Assembly: GCA_965237985.1 (NCBI GenBank) | Contig: OZ250161.1 | Span: 1,771,913-1,835,912, forward strand | From: Candidatus Oxydemutatoraceae bacterium | GTDB taxonomy: Bacteria; Pseudomonadota; Gammaproteobacteria; Poriferisulfidales; Oxydemutatoraceae | Length of the DNA: 64,000 nucleotides | Reading direction: 5' to 3' | In this document: one piece after another, positions 46,273 to 57,390 of the stretch | Layout: each line of letters begins with the position of its first letter | Position numbering within the stretch: position 1 is the first letter of the stretch | Program-made: the position numbers and the translations under genes | The notes under the pieces: generated by a model | The model's database searches: none | What the model was told of the DNA's origin: nothing | Seen by the model: only the letters and a program-made list of their open reading frames with translations

Positions 46273-48648
46273 GTGAGGATCTGGTCCCTTCTGCGTACTT
46301 TTCTCGGCATCGTCGTCGTGGTTTCCGCTGTGGTTGTGGGTGTCGTGTACTCGGCGTATCTGTATGTGCGACAGGACCTTCCGAGCGCTTCCGAGATTCG
46401 CAATATCAAGTTGCAAACCCCGCTCAGGGTTTTCAGTAGTGATGGGACTTTAATCGCGGTTTTTGGCGATATGAAACGGACTCCTTTGGGTCTTGAAGAC
46501 ATCCCGGAGCAGATGATCGATGCGTTTATATCTGCCGAAGACGATGATTTTTTTCATCATTACGGAGTGGATTTCTTCGGTCTGGCCCGGGCAGCCTGGT
46601 TGTTGCTGTGGAGTGGCGAGAAGCGACAGGGTGGCAGCACGATCACCATGCAATTCGCGAGAAATTTTTTTCTCAGCAGTGAGCGGACCTATGAAAGAAA
46701 AATCAAAGAAATTTTTCTTGCTTTGTTGATCGAAAGGCAATTCGACAAGGAAAAAATACTTTCCCTGTATTTGAACAAAATCTTTTTTGGGCATCGTGCC
46801 TATGGGGTTGGTGCCGCCGCTGTAACTTACTATGGAGTCTCTCCTTCCGAACTGACTCTGGCACAAACTGCCATGATCGCAGGGTTGCCGAAAACCCCGA
46901 GCCGCTATAACCCGCTTACTTCACCTGAACACGCGTTGCAACGCCGCAATTACGTGTTGGGGCGCATGCTGGAGCTCGGAAAAATTGGCGAAGACGAATA
47001 TCAGGAGGCAGTGAGTAGTCCGATCACAGCAAAGAAACACGCCACTCCTGTGGGACTGAATGCGCCGTTTGTCGCCGAATCCATTCGCAAAGAAATGTTG
47101 TCTCGTTATGGGCGAGGCACATATACCGACGGCTACGAAGTGCGCGCCACGATACGGGATGACTTGCAGCTTCAGGCGCAACGCAGCTTAAGGAAGGCAT
47201 TGTTGCAATACGATATGCGCCATGGTTATCGGGGTCCGGAAAACAGAATCCCGGGCTGGCAATCGCAGCAAGAACACCCAAATGATCTGCTGAAAGGAAC
47301 CAAGACGATTGGCGACCTTTTTCCGGCAATTGTTGTCAAGACCAGGAAAAGCACTGCTGATGTTGTGTTGAGTGGTGGCAGGGTTATTTCGTTGGGGAAA
47401 AAAGCCTGGGATTGGGCGAGGTCGCAAGAAAATACCGGGGTTGGCAAAGCGCCTCGGCGCGCCGCAGACGTGATGAAAACTGGTGACCTGGTGCGCGTTA
47501 TGCAGTCTGAAGAAGGCTGGGTATTGCGGCAGGTACCCGAGGTGGCAGGCGCTTTGATTTCAATGAAGGCGGATGATGGTTCGGTTTTGGCCATGGTGGG
47601 GGGGTTTGATTTCAGACGAAGTCAATTCAATCATGCCCTCCAGGCACGCCGCCAACCAGGTTCCGGTTTCAAACCCATTATTTATTCAGCCATTTTGAAC
47701 AAGGGATATACCCCGGCGACCATCGTGAAAGATTTGCCGATTGTTTATGGCGGCAAAGATTTGGAACCGGACTGGCGACCTGGAAACTACAGTCGGGAAT
47801 TTTCCGGGCCAATCCGCTTGCGCAAGGCATTAAGCCAGTCCCGCAATCTGGTGTCTGTTCGCTTGGGCAGAAAGCTAGGTGTGCCTGAGATCTTGGACAC
47901 TGCTAGAAACTTCGGGTTTTCGACGGCGATGTATCGCCAGGACCTGACCATCGCTTTGGGTTCTGGAGAGGTGTCGCTTTCGGAAATGGCCGCAGCTTAT
48001 GCGGTTTTTGCCAATGGTGGCAGCCGAGTGTTTCCTTACCTGGTCGAAGCTATCACTGCTTTTGGCAAGGTCATATATTCAGCTTCCGCTCCCGGTTTAT
48101 ACCTTCCTGATTGTTCGACTTCTCCTCTCGGGACAAGTGTTTCCCCAACCGAACAGTATGCACCACGGGTTCTGGACCCTGCCGTGGCGTATCAAATGGC
48201 GACCATGTTGCGTTCAGTGATTACAAGTGGAACCGGCAGAAGAGCCAGGGTATTGCAAAGAAGCGACATTGCCGGAAAAACCGGAACCACCAATGATTAC
48301 CGTGACGCCTGGTTTACCGGTTTTAATCGCGACCTTGTGACCTCAGTGTGGGTAGGATTTGATGATTACAGGACACTGGGAAAAAGAGAACCAGGCTCGC
48401 GTGTGGCACTTCCAATGTGGATTGACTATATGCGTTATGCACTGGCGGAATCTCCAGAGCGGCTGTTTTGCAGGCCGGAAGATATCGTGACCTTGAGAAT
48501 CAATGTGCACGATGGTCTACTGAGCGACACTGAAGATCCGGACTCGATTATGGAAAACTTCCGCAAAACGCTCGCTCCTCGGGAATTCTCAAAAAAACCG
48601 GGTGCGACCAGGAAAAGTTTGTCTCCGGGGAACGGGCAACTGTTTTAG
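46273..48648 (+). CDS. mrcA: Bifunctional penicillin-binding protein 1A (glycosyltransferase/transpeptidase)
   Basis: N-terminal TM anchor. GT51 motifs EDDDFFHHYGVD and GGSTITMQ. Transpeptidase motifs SGFKP (SxxK), SQSRN (SxN) and KTGTTN. Confidence 0.9.
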   Translation: MRIWSLLRTFLGIVVVVSAVVVGVVYSAYLYVRQDLPSASEIRNIKLQTPLRVFSSDGTLIAVFGDMKRTPLGLEDIPEQMIDAFISAEDDDFFHHYGVDFFGLARAAWLLLWSGEKRQGGSTITMQFARNFFLSSERTYERKIKEIFLALLIERQFDKEKILSLYLNKIFFGHRAYGVGAAAVTYYGVSPSELTLAQTAMIAGLPKTPSRYNPLTSPEHALQRRNYVLGRMLELGKIGEDEYQEAVSSPITAKKHATPVGLNAPFVAESIRKEMLSRYGRGTYTDGYEVRATIRDDLQLQAQRSLRKALLQYDMRHGYRGPENRIPGWQSQQEHPNDLLKGTKTIGDLFPAIVVKTRKSTADVVLSGGRVISLGKKAWDWARSQENTGVGKAPRRAADVMKTGDLVRVMQSEEGWVLRQVPEVAGALISMKADDGSVLAMVGGFDFRRSQFNHALQARRQPGSGFKPIIYSAILNKGYTPATIVKDLPIVYGGKDLEPDWRPGNYSREFSGPIRLRKALSQSRNLVSVRLGRKLGVPEILDTARNFGFSTAMYRQDLTIALGSGEVSLSEMAAAYAVFANGGSRVFPYLVEAITAFGKVIYSASAPGLYLPDCSTSPLGTSVSPTEQYAPRVLDPAVAYQMATMLRSVITSGTGRRARVLQRSDIAGKTGTTNDYRDAWFTGFNRDLVTSVWVGFDDYRTLGKREPGSRVALPMWIDYMRYALAESPERLFCRPEDIVTLRINVHDGLLSDTEDPDSIMENFRKTLAPREFSKKPGATRKSLSPGNGQLF

Positions 48649-48917
48649 TCCGCAACGAGTTTTGTGGTGTCCGAAACGATTCACCGCATCATTCACCATG
48701 TCCCGGAAAGACTATTGACTCCTTGTTCAGGCCTTGCCGCGGAGCAGTCGGGTATGGACCGCCTTCGGTCCAGGGGCAGTTCATGTGGAGTGAGGCCGAT
48801 AATCGTGTCCTGATCGGGAATGATTTTCCGTGGTATCTGGAAATCATCATGCTTGTGAACCTCGATCATTATTTCATCGTGTTGCGTCACAGATGGATTT
48901 ACGAGAGTCTGGATTTC

Positions 48918-50270
48918 GAATGTTTTCGTTCGCTGGATACTTTACTGACCGGCTGTGTGGTTGCTTCCGGTTGTGAACCGCAGGCGCATCAGCGTAATGA
49001 TCGGGTCGTCCCAGGGGATTAGACTTGATGGGTAACCGGCAATGCTTTTACGGTGGCAAGGGCGTCGTCTTTCCTGTCGTGCGCGACGAATGTTTTCGTT
49101 CGCTGGATACTTTACTGACCGGTTGTGTGGTTGCTTCCGGTTGTGAACCGCAGGCGCATCAGCGTAATGATCGGGTCGTCCCAGGGGATTAGACTTGATG
49201 GGTAACCGGTAATGCTTTTACGGTGGCAAGGGCGTCGTTTTTCCTGTCGTGCGCGACGAATGTTTTCGTTCGCTGGATACTTTACTGACCGGTTGTGTGG
49301 TTGCTTCCGGTTGTGAACCGCAGGCGCATCAGCGTAATGATCGGGTCGTCCCAGGGGATTAGACTTGATGGGTAGCCGGCAATGCTTTTACGGTGGCAAG
49401 GGCGTCGTTTTTCCTGTCGTGCGCGACGAATGTTTTCGTTCGCTGGATACTTTACTGACCGGTTGTGTGGTTGCTTCCGGTTGTGAACCGCAGGCGCATC
49501 AGCGTAATGATCGGGTCGTCCCAGGGGATTAGACTTGATGGGTAACCGGAATGCTTTTACGGTGGCAAGGGCGTCGTTTTTCCTGTCGTGCGCGACGAAT
49601 GTTTTCGTTCGCTGGATACTTTACTGACCGGCTGTGTGGTTGCTTCCGGTTGTGAACCGCAGGCGCATCAGCGTAATGATCGGGTCGTCCCAGGGGATTA
49701 GACTTGAACCGGCAATGCTTTTACGGTGGCAAGGGCGTCGTTTTTCCTGTCGTGCGCGACGAATGTTTTCGTTCGCTGGATACTTTACTGACCGGTTGTG
49801 TGGTTGCTTCCGGTTGTGAACCGCAGGCGCATCAGCGTAATGATCGGGTCGTCCCAGGGGATTAGACTTGATGGGTAACCGGCAATGCTTTTACGGTGGC
49901 AAGGGCGTCGTTTTTCCTGTCGTGCGCGACGAATGTTTTCGTTCGCCGGATACTTTACTGACCGGTTGTGTGGTTGCTTCCGGTTGTGAACCGCAGGCGC
50001 ATCAGTGTAATGATCGGGTCGTCCCAGGGGATTAGACTTGATGGGTAGCCGGCAATGCTTTTACGGTGGCAAGGGCGTCGTTTTTCCTGTCGTGCGCGAC
50101 GAATGTTTTCGTTCGCTGGATACTTTACTGACCGGCTGTGTGGTTGCTTCCGGTTGTGAACCGCAGGCGCATCAGCGTAATGATCGGGTCGTCCCAGGGG
50201 ATTAGACTTGATTGGTAGCCGGCAATGCTTTTACGGTGGCAAGGCCGTCGTCTTTCCTGTCGTGCGCGAC
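48918..50270 (+). repeat. Tandem array of eight units of about 170 bp
   Basis: GAATGTTTTCGTTCGC starts at 48918, 49088, 49258, 49428, 49597, 49761, 49931 and 50101. The periods are 170, 170, 170, 169, 164, 170 and 170 nt. The copies differ by a few substitutions and small indels, and there are no unique spacers between units. Confidence 0.95.
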
Positions 50271-50793
50271 GAAGAAAGGAGTTTCTGTTGCGCGCACTTG
50301 ACCGGTAAGGAATGTACCGGGTTTTGTGTTCCAACGCTGCGGTCAGTGGCGGGGTTCGCCAACGTGATTGGACAGCTCCTGTCTTGTCAAGGTGACATCG
50401 TTGTGTCGCATCAAGTGTTCAGTATGGCAGGATTTGTGACGACATGACCTGCAAACTGGTTGAAAACACTTGCTTTCTGAACTGGACTGGGAATGCGGTT
50501 TCAGTTATCGTCGCCTGCCAACAACCTCCGTATGGGTATGGGAGGTACTGTGTTTGTGAATATCTGGCTGAAAGTTTGCCTGGAGGTAGACAGCGTGAAA
50601 GTGCTGCCAGCCCTGCTTTTATTCGGGCATTGTTGGGTCGTTGAAATCTGCAATTTCCGGCCTGCAGTCATCGCGCTTTGATTGCAGCCGAAAGGCCTGT
50701 CCGCGATGGCTTGGAATACGAGGTATAGCAGCTGGACTTTGACATGGTTTCGTGTCACACGTTTTGAAAATTAAAAAAGCAGGGGCGAAAGTC

Positions 50794-51615
50794 ATGCCTG
50801 AGTATGTGGATATTTGTTTCAATTTTGGGCATGACTCTTTTCGTCGTGACCGGGAACTTGTGCTTGAAAGAGCGCGACAGGCTGGTGTGCGGAGAATGAT
50901 GATGAGTGGATTGTCCGTTGCCGACAGCGAAAAATCATTGCGCCTTGCTGAGCAGTATTCCGCTGTTGGCTGTGAGCTTTTTTCTGCTGTCGGCGTACAC
51001 CCGCATGCTGCGCGGTATTGGTGCGAGCAGGACCGCGAAAAACTGGTGCGTTTGAGTGCGCACCCGGTGGTGCTCGCCATTGGTGAGACCGGTCTGGATT
51101 ATTTTCGGAACTTTTCTCCGCGAGCTGAGCAGCTCAAAGCATTCTCGGCACAAATTCGTATTGCGCAGGATGTCAACATGCCTTTGTTTTTTCACCAAAG
51201 GGATGCGCACGATGATTTCATGTCGACACTCAAAACGCATGGCAAGTTGCCCAACGCTGTAGTGCATTGCTTCAGTTCCGATCGCAGGTGCTTAGAAGCG
51301 TACCTGGAGCTGGATTTTTATATTGGCATCACTGGCTGGATCTGCGACGAGCGTCGCGGACTTCATTTGCGTGAACTTGTCAAAATCATTCCGCCCAATC
51401 GGTTGATGATAGAGACTGATGCCCCGTATCTGGTCCCGAAAGACCTGAGCTTAAAACACCGTGGGGCGCGCAATGAACCTGCCTATTTACCGCATATTGC
51501 TCAGGTCATCGCGAAATGTCTGGAGATGCCCGCGGCGCAGCTTGCCGCACAAACCTGCGAAAATGCAGGGCGGTTTTTTAATTTTCCAAAAGCACGTCTT
51601 CTGAGCGACGCTTGA
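50794..51615 (+). CDS. tatD: TatD-family metal-dependent hydrolase/DNase
   Basis: VGVHPH, AIGETGLDYF, FFHQRDAH, VVHCFS and MIETDAPYL motifs appear in order. ATG 50794 with AGGGG upstream is preferred over the track's GTG 50752. Confidence 0.8.
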   Translation: MPEYVDICFNFGHDSFRRDRELVLERARQAGVRRMMMSGLSVADSEKSLRLAEQYSAVGCELFSAVGVHPHAARYWCEQDREKLVRLSAHPVVLAIGETGLDYFRNFSPRAEQLKAFSAQIRIAQDVNMPLFFHQRDAHDDFMSTLKTHGKLPNAVVHCFSSDRRCLEAYLELDFYIGITGWICDERRGLHLRELVKIIPPNRLMIETDAPYLVPKDLSLKHRGARNEPAYLPHIAQVIAKCLEMPAAQLAAQTCENAGRFFNFPKARLLSDA

Positions 51616-51702
51616 ACGGAGAGTACAGGCGTTTTCCTTGTATCACTTGAAGGGTTCCGGATGAGGGTGGGGTAGCTGCCAGTGGTCTCCTGACAGCAGA
51701 CG

Positions 51703-51733
51703 CCAAAACGGGGGCATGAAGCCCCCGTTTTGG
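51703..51733. terminator. Bidirectional hairpin terminator between convergent tatD and the BCCT transporter gene
   Basis: CCAAAACGGGGGC-atgaa-GCCCCCGTTTTGG, a perfect 13-bp stem flanked by A/T runs, lies between the two stop codons. Confidence 0.8.
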
Positions 51734-51750
51734 CTATTCCAGGCTTTCAG

Positions 51751-53403
51751 TCAGCTTGCTGCTTCAGGCACGGCTCCTCTGCCGTATTGTGGGCCAAGGT
51801 CTTCCTCCTTCAAGGCTTTCACGAAGCCCCACATCATCATCAGGATGATGATGGAGAAGGGTAGCGCGGTGGCGATAGCTGCAGTTTGCAGCGCACCCAG
51901 ACCACCAGCCAGGATCAGCACGGCTGCAACCGCCGCCTCAGTCATGCCCCAGAACACCCGATGCTTTATCGGCGGTTGCTCGCTTCCGTCAGACAGGATT
52001 GTGGTGATCACCAATGTTCCGGAGTCCGATGAAGTCACAAAAAACGTGGCGATCAGTACTGTGGCCACCACTGTGAAAATCGAACCGACCACACCGGCAT
52101 CCATCAGGTTGAATGTGGTATACAGAGCTTGCGTCACGTCCGCCTTGACCGCGCTGACAATTCCCGCCTGGCCTACTGCTGAAACAACTTCTCCAGCCTC
52201 ATTAGTGACGGTATGGAACAACTCTATATAGAGTGCGGTCCCACCAAAGGCGGTCAACCAGATCATGCCCAGTACGCTAGGAATGATCAATACGCCGACA
52301 ATGAACTCTCGTATGGTGCGTCCGCGCGATATGCGTGCGATAAACATGCTTACGAAAGGTGCCCAGGAAATCCACCATGCCCAGTAGAAAGCAGTCCACC
52401 CGCCCTGCCAACCTCCTGCTTCTGTAGAGTCGTTCCACAGGCTCAACGGAATGATCTTGGCCAGGTAGTCGCCAACGCTCTCCAGGAAAAATCCGAGCAG
52501 GAACAAGGTGGGACCAAAAATAAACATGAAGGAAATAACGGACAGCGCCATCCACATGTTGAGCTCACTCAGGATACGAATTCCCTTGTCGACGCCGGAA
52601 ACCACCGACCACACAGCGACCAAAGAAATGATCAATATGAGCGACATAATCGCCGGAGTAGCCGGACCGGTAATTTCACCGTCTGCACCCCTGGAAACAA
52701 AGAAGTCAATGGCAGTTATTTCATGCAGGCCGGTTGCCAGTTGTTGAACCCCAAACCCCAAGGAAGTCGCAACCCCAAAAACTGTGGCAAACACGGCAAG
52801 GATGTTGACGGCATTTCCTATCGGCCCGCGCACTCTGTCGCCAATGATGGGATACAAGGCCGACGAAATTGTGAGCGGGAGATTTTTTCGATACGCGAAA
52901 TAGCATAGACACAAAGCTACGATTACGTAAATTGCCCACGGGTGCAGCGCCCAGTGGAAAAACGTAATCCGCATGGCCGTGGTAGCCGCTTCGCTGGTCA
53001 ATCCCACGGGTGAGAAGGGGTTGCTGTCAAAGTGATAGATCGGCTCGGCGATGCTCCAGAACACCAGCCCGATGCCCATACCGGCACCAAAGAGCATGGA
53101 GAGCCAGGCAAAGTTGCTGAATGCCGGCCGGTCGGTGTCTGCGCCCAGTCGGATACTTCCGTAGCGCCCTGTCGCCAGCCAAATCGTAAAGAAAAGGAAA
53201 AAAGCAACTACCGCAATGTAGTACCACTTCAGTGTAGCCTTGATCCAATCCGATACCTCATTGAAGAGCAGATTGGCAGTGTCGACGTACAGAAAAGTCC
53301 AGACTACGAACACAATCACCAGCGCTGCCGCGATCATGGTGGTTGCGGCGTTCATATCCTTGAACAATCCGGATGGGGCCCTATTCGGTTCAATTATTGC
53401 CAT
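51751..53403 (-). CDS. BCCT-family (betaine/carnitine/choline) transporter
   Basis: The BCCT signature GGWTAFYWAWWISWAPFVSMFIARISRGRTIREF in a 12-TM-like profile. 550 aa. Confidence 0.9.
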   Translation of the reverse strand: MAIIEPNRAPSGLFKDMNAATTMIAAALVIVFVVWTFLYVDTANLLFNEVSDWIKATLKWYYIAVVAFFLFFTIWLATGRYGSIRLGADTDRPAFSNFAWLSMLFGAGMGIGLVFWSIAEPIYHFDSNPFSPVGLTSEAATTAMRITFFHWALHPWAIYVIVALCLCYFAYRKNLPLTISSALYPIIGDRVRGPIGNAVNILAVFATVFGVATSLGFGVQQLATGLHEITAIDFFVSRGADGEITGPATPAIMSLILIISLVAVWSVVSGVDKGIRILSELNMWMALSVISFMFIFGPTLFLLGFFLESVGDYLAKIIPLSLWNDSTEAGGWQGGWTAFYWAWWISWAPFVSMFIARISRGRTIREFIVGVLIIPSVLGMIWLTAFGGTALYIELFHTVTNEAGEVVSAVGQAGIVSAVKADVTQALYTTFNLMDAGVVGSIFTVVATVLIATFFVTSSDSGTLVITTILSDGSEQPPIKHRVFWGMTEAAVAAVLILAGGLGALQTAAIATALPFSIIILMMMWGFVKALKEEDLGPQYGRGAVPEAAS

Positions 53404-53469
53404 AGCAAATTACCTCCTGTTCATAGTTCCGCCTGCGCCGGACACAGGCAGAACTGTGATGATTAAAGA

Positions 53470-54936
53470 TTAAAAAGTTTGTTGTATCAAAACGTAAAGT
53501 GAATTGAAATCTTTATCGCTTTTAAGGTCAACCCGACCAGCGGAGCCAAGATCAGCGTGAGCAAAAACTCCGGCAATGTAAAATCCTGAATCATTCGAGT
53601 ATTCAGCAATCAAATTTACTTCATTGGCAAACGTTGCACCAGCTTCATACCCTGGTAAGCCACCAGAAGGGGCCTTTGCCACGTCACGTTCGTGGTGAAA
53701 CCCCAGTAGCTGGACGCTGGACAACCAGGAAACCGGCGGAGATACAACGAGTTTGACCATTTGCGTCCTTTGGTTCTTGTTGTTATGCCACCACTCGCCG
53801 GCAAATTCTCCCTGGAACCAGGTTCCCCAACCTCTGTAAACGGTGTAGAACAGGGAGTCAAATTCCTCGTTCTTATTGAGTGTATTGGGATCGTTTCCAC
53901 TGCCACGATAGTATCGGTACCCCACCTGTGGACTCCAGGGTAATCCTTGGAGGTTGTGTTCTATTTCTGCGTAGTAGGCGTAAGCATCGCATAGTCTTGT
54001 CTAGCATCACCTTGGAGCCCGTTGCGCCACCATTCAAAATGATATTCTCCATAGAAAGTTGTATCCGGCAAAGCCGCAAATTTTAGGGCTTCCAGGCGAA
54101 AGTCGTAAAAACGACGACCATCGCCTATCGACGATATTCGCACTATCAGTAACAGCAATGTACATAATTCCCAGCGTGCCTGCCGTCAAAATTCCCAGTC
54201 CTTCTTCCGGCACCTTGTATTCCAGGTTTGCTCCCCACACCTGGGTGTCCTGTCCTTTGTAGACATCACTACCTGCCTGCAGCCAGAAAATGTCGGCGCG
54301 TACGTCTTCAAACTGTGGAAGCTGGTTGATGCGAACCAGAAATGAATTGCGAAAAGCTTTGTGTGCGCCGATGAAAAATTCGCCGGAGTCCCGGCCACAA
54401 TAAGTATTGCCGCAATCCAGTGAACCATCACCAATCAACAGTGCATCGCCGACGATGAAGTCCTGTGCACCAAAGGAAACATCCAGCCAGTCATTGCGCC
54501 AGCCCAGGTTCCCCCACTCGTTGATGATTCTTTGGTCGCCATTCTCGTTGACAGAGTCATATAGAGCAGGATCGTTACCAAAAGTCCACGATGCGGCGGC
54601 GACATAAGACCACCTGCTGTAGATGGTACCGGAATCCTCCAGGTCGTAAGTCAGATCCAGTTGCGGCTCAAAGGCCAGTTCGCCTTGGTTGGTTCTGTCG
54701 TCCGGAGACCCACCACCACCCGTATTAGAGCCAGCACCGGAGGCGGTGACGGCAAAGCCAGTGACTTTCGCGCTGACGGCCGCTTTGAATTTTTCTCCGG
54801 AGTACAACTCCGTTCCAGAGTAGGCGACAGAGGAAAACACCAGACCAGTGACAGCTGCCGCCAGCAGCGACTGCGCCTTCCAGCCTGGGGCGAAGCTGCC
54901 TCTGGGGCAAGCTCTTAAAACAGGTATTTCTAGCAT
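53470..54936 (-). pseudogene. Porin-like outer-membrane beta-barrel gene interrupted by two frameshifts
   Basis: Three minus-strand frames join into one sensible protein: 54936->about 54140, 54158->53961 and about 53990->53470. The sequence has alternating beta-strand-like character and a signal-like N-terminus, and it ends ...NSLYVLIQQTF, an OMP-type C-terminal Phe. The frame-c reading is open upstream of its Met as DAYAYYAEIEHNLQGLPWSPQVGYRYY. Confidence 0.6.
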
Positions 54937-56640
54937 CGTATTGGTTCCTCACATAGGGGGGGCACGACCGGTTATTGTTTGGACTGGAACGAAAGTGCGC
55001 CAGCCCGCAACGCCAAGCTTGGCCAGATTGTGCGTGGACCAAGGCAGAAAAGACCACACATCCTTTCCGCCCAGCTTGCCGTGTACGCAATCCTAGACAA
55101 ACAAAATGGCGATTGCAAGTACCTTGTGCAGGGCAAAACGTTTTCGGTAAAAGCGGTCTTTGGCTTTCAGTTTATGCGTAGTCATAAACAAATGGTTTTG
55201 CCATTTTTAATGTTGCCAAAAGTTTCTGCAGGCGGGTGCCGCAGAACGCTGTGCATGACTTTTGCAGTTTCATTTTGTGCCACTGCACAGCTAATCAAGA
55301 TACGCCGGCGTTCATTGGGGTTTTCCATGTTTTTGAATCAGCAGTTTTGTTCCAGTTTCTGCGCTCTTTGTTGCTCGACCCGTGTGGACAGGTGTGCTCA
55401 TATTCGATCTGAGGTCTTGCCTGCATCGTTTAACGGACACAACAGTCAGTGTGCGACTGGAATTGGGGAACCATTTTTCGCCACGATGAACGCTTTAGGG
55501 GGGGTAGATCTCGACGCCAGTACCGGAACCTGAGCTGCACCCTGCTGCGGCCCCTCGGTTTTTCGCGCTTTTTGTTCACCAAGACCGTATTGTTTGGCTA
55601 CCGTCAGATTTAATAATCATGCTGTTCGCCGAAACGCAGATCGCCTGCCCTCTCCCGGCGTCTCAGGTGTTCTTGGCGGGATGGTCTCGAGCACCCCGTG
55701 GTGCCTTCGCTCCAGCTTTGTTTCATTGCAGAATGAAAATCATCTGTTCTTCTGAAAACCGTTGGCGTTTCATTTGGTGAGTTCTCCTTGGGATCTGGAT
55801 TTAGAAGAATCCGGGCAGGTCCTTGGCCGTACAAATTTGTCTGTGGGCGGTGTTTTTTGTATAATTTCCTTGGTATGGGTGGTTATCGTGGGATGGATGT
55901 TGACGAAATGGCAGGACTGAGCGTTGTTGAGGATTGCTCCGGCTTTTTGGGCGGGAGTTCGGGTGTACGAGATCCAAGCGTAATGACTGGTATCAGGCAG
56001 GAAGATTTTGCAGTTTGCCGGAATGGTCATGGCTGGGGTATCCGACCGGCCTGTTGGATGCAGACGGAATCCTTCCGCCGTCGAGACGAAAAAGCAAAGA
56101 ACTTCTGCCGACATAGACAGAACACCCATAGAGGTGTTCATGGGAAATGCGCGTGGTGACCCGTCAAAATAAGGACCCGATGGAATCGGTCATTGCCAAA
56201 GTTACGAAGCTGCAGAAAAAAGGTCTGCCTTTCTGTGTGAAACAGTTTGTATGGTTGATTGGACGAGCTGAAATTATTTTTGCACTGTCAGTCAAAGTTG
56301 CTGGAGAAACCGTGGGTGGCGGTGGCAGCAACGACAACAAAAGGCGCAATGCTGGTCAACAGCCAATCGTAAAAGATGGGGAAATTTTGCAGATTTCCTC
56401 CACTTTGCTTTTTTACGCCCAAGGGACAGGAGGCGTCTTCTTTTTTTCTGTCGGATTCGGGTATTTCTATTTTGGTTTGGCAGACTTGCGCCATCGTCTT
56501 GGTTGTCAGTCTGGAGGGCAGGAACAGTCCCGGTTTGGTTTACTGGGGTTGGCGAGTCCATTTGACCGGTGTGACATCGGGATGGGAACCAGTTTTTAGC
56601 AAAACGGGGTTCGCGCAGCTTTAGCAGGGAGGAGAAAACA

Positions 56641-57390
56641 ATGGACATCAGTCAATTATTTTCACATAGTCAAAACCATGTGAATCTGGGGGATGCTTTG
56701 TGGGAGGCAGGAACAACTGGTGAAGTGCTGGTCAGCGAGCCTGCAGGCCACACGGTGGTCACTGTCATTCCCGGTTCTGAGACAGGGGCAGAAGGCGGCA
56801 CTTTCAGGCGGATTACTGTTACCAAAGGTTGGGCTGGGAGAATTGTACACACCTTCAAGTACTACTTCGGCACGAGCTACAGAGCAAAAGTCAAATATTC
56901 CAGGCAGACGGTTTTGGAAGAAATATTGAAAGCATGTCGTACGCTTGAGGCACACGTTAAACAGCCGAGTGAAGGGGGAAACGACGCCCAAACCGGTGAT
57001 CTTGGTGCCCTGGAGGGTATTTGTCGGGAAATCAATAAAGTGGTCGGTGACGAAAGGAATTTCAGCAGAGGGTCGCTTTGCCGTAGACGGGTGGGCTTGT
57101 ATATGGCGACCATCCACGGGATAAGCAGCCGTGTCGAGGGTCACTCCAGCACTGTACGGGGCAAGTTGAGCCTGTCCAAGCCCGTAACCCCTACTAACGA
57201 AATCTACTCGGTCATTGACTGTCCCAAAACAGTTGACGGTCAGAAAGTTCAGAGCTCGACGCCAGTTCCAGGTCAGCTTCTTGGTTCCGGTAATTCGGAG
57301 ACTGGTGGGAAAGTTGAAACTTTGGGGGCACAAGTTCCCGACAAGTCCGAGCCAGATGCAGAAAAATCTGTGGATACGACAAAAAACTGA
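56641..57390 (+). CDS. Hypothetical protein (249 aa, no recognisable domain)
   Basis: A strong SD (GGGAGGAG) sits 6 nt upstream of the ATG, and the composition is protein-like. I see no TM segment, signal peptide or familiar motif. It lies in an otherwise non-coding stretch. Confidence 0.45.
   Translation: MDISQLFSHSQNHVNLGDALWEAGTTGEVLVSEPAGHTVVTVIPGSETGAEGGTFRRITVTKGWAGRIVHTFKYYFGTSYRAKVKYSRQTVLEEILKACRTLEAHVKQPSEGGNDAQTGDLGALEGICREINKVVGDERNFSRGSLCRRRVGLYMATIHGISSRVEGHSSTVRGKLSLSKPVTPTNEIYSVIDCPKTVDGQKVQSSTPVPGQLLGSGNSETGGKVETLGAQVPDKSEPDAEKSVDTTKN

Noticed and set aside
48918-50270. Possible CRISPR array or RiPP precursor-peptide gene array (170-bp units)
   Set aside because: The units are contiguous with no unique spacers, so this is not CRISPR. 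The peptide idea is weakened by a nonsense mutation, a frameshift and two start-codon losses among the eight copies, and by the absence of any modifying enzyme gene in the window. It is kept only as a low-probability alternative in the findings.
54979-55533. 184-aa plus-strand ORF upstream of the porin pseudogene, plus neighbouring ORFs in 55610..56648
   Set aside because: Cys/Arg-rich arbitrary composition and no SD. These ORFs overlap one another on both strands, and no motif is recognised.
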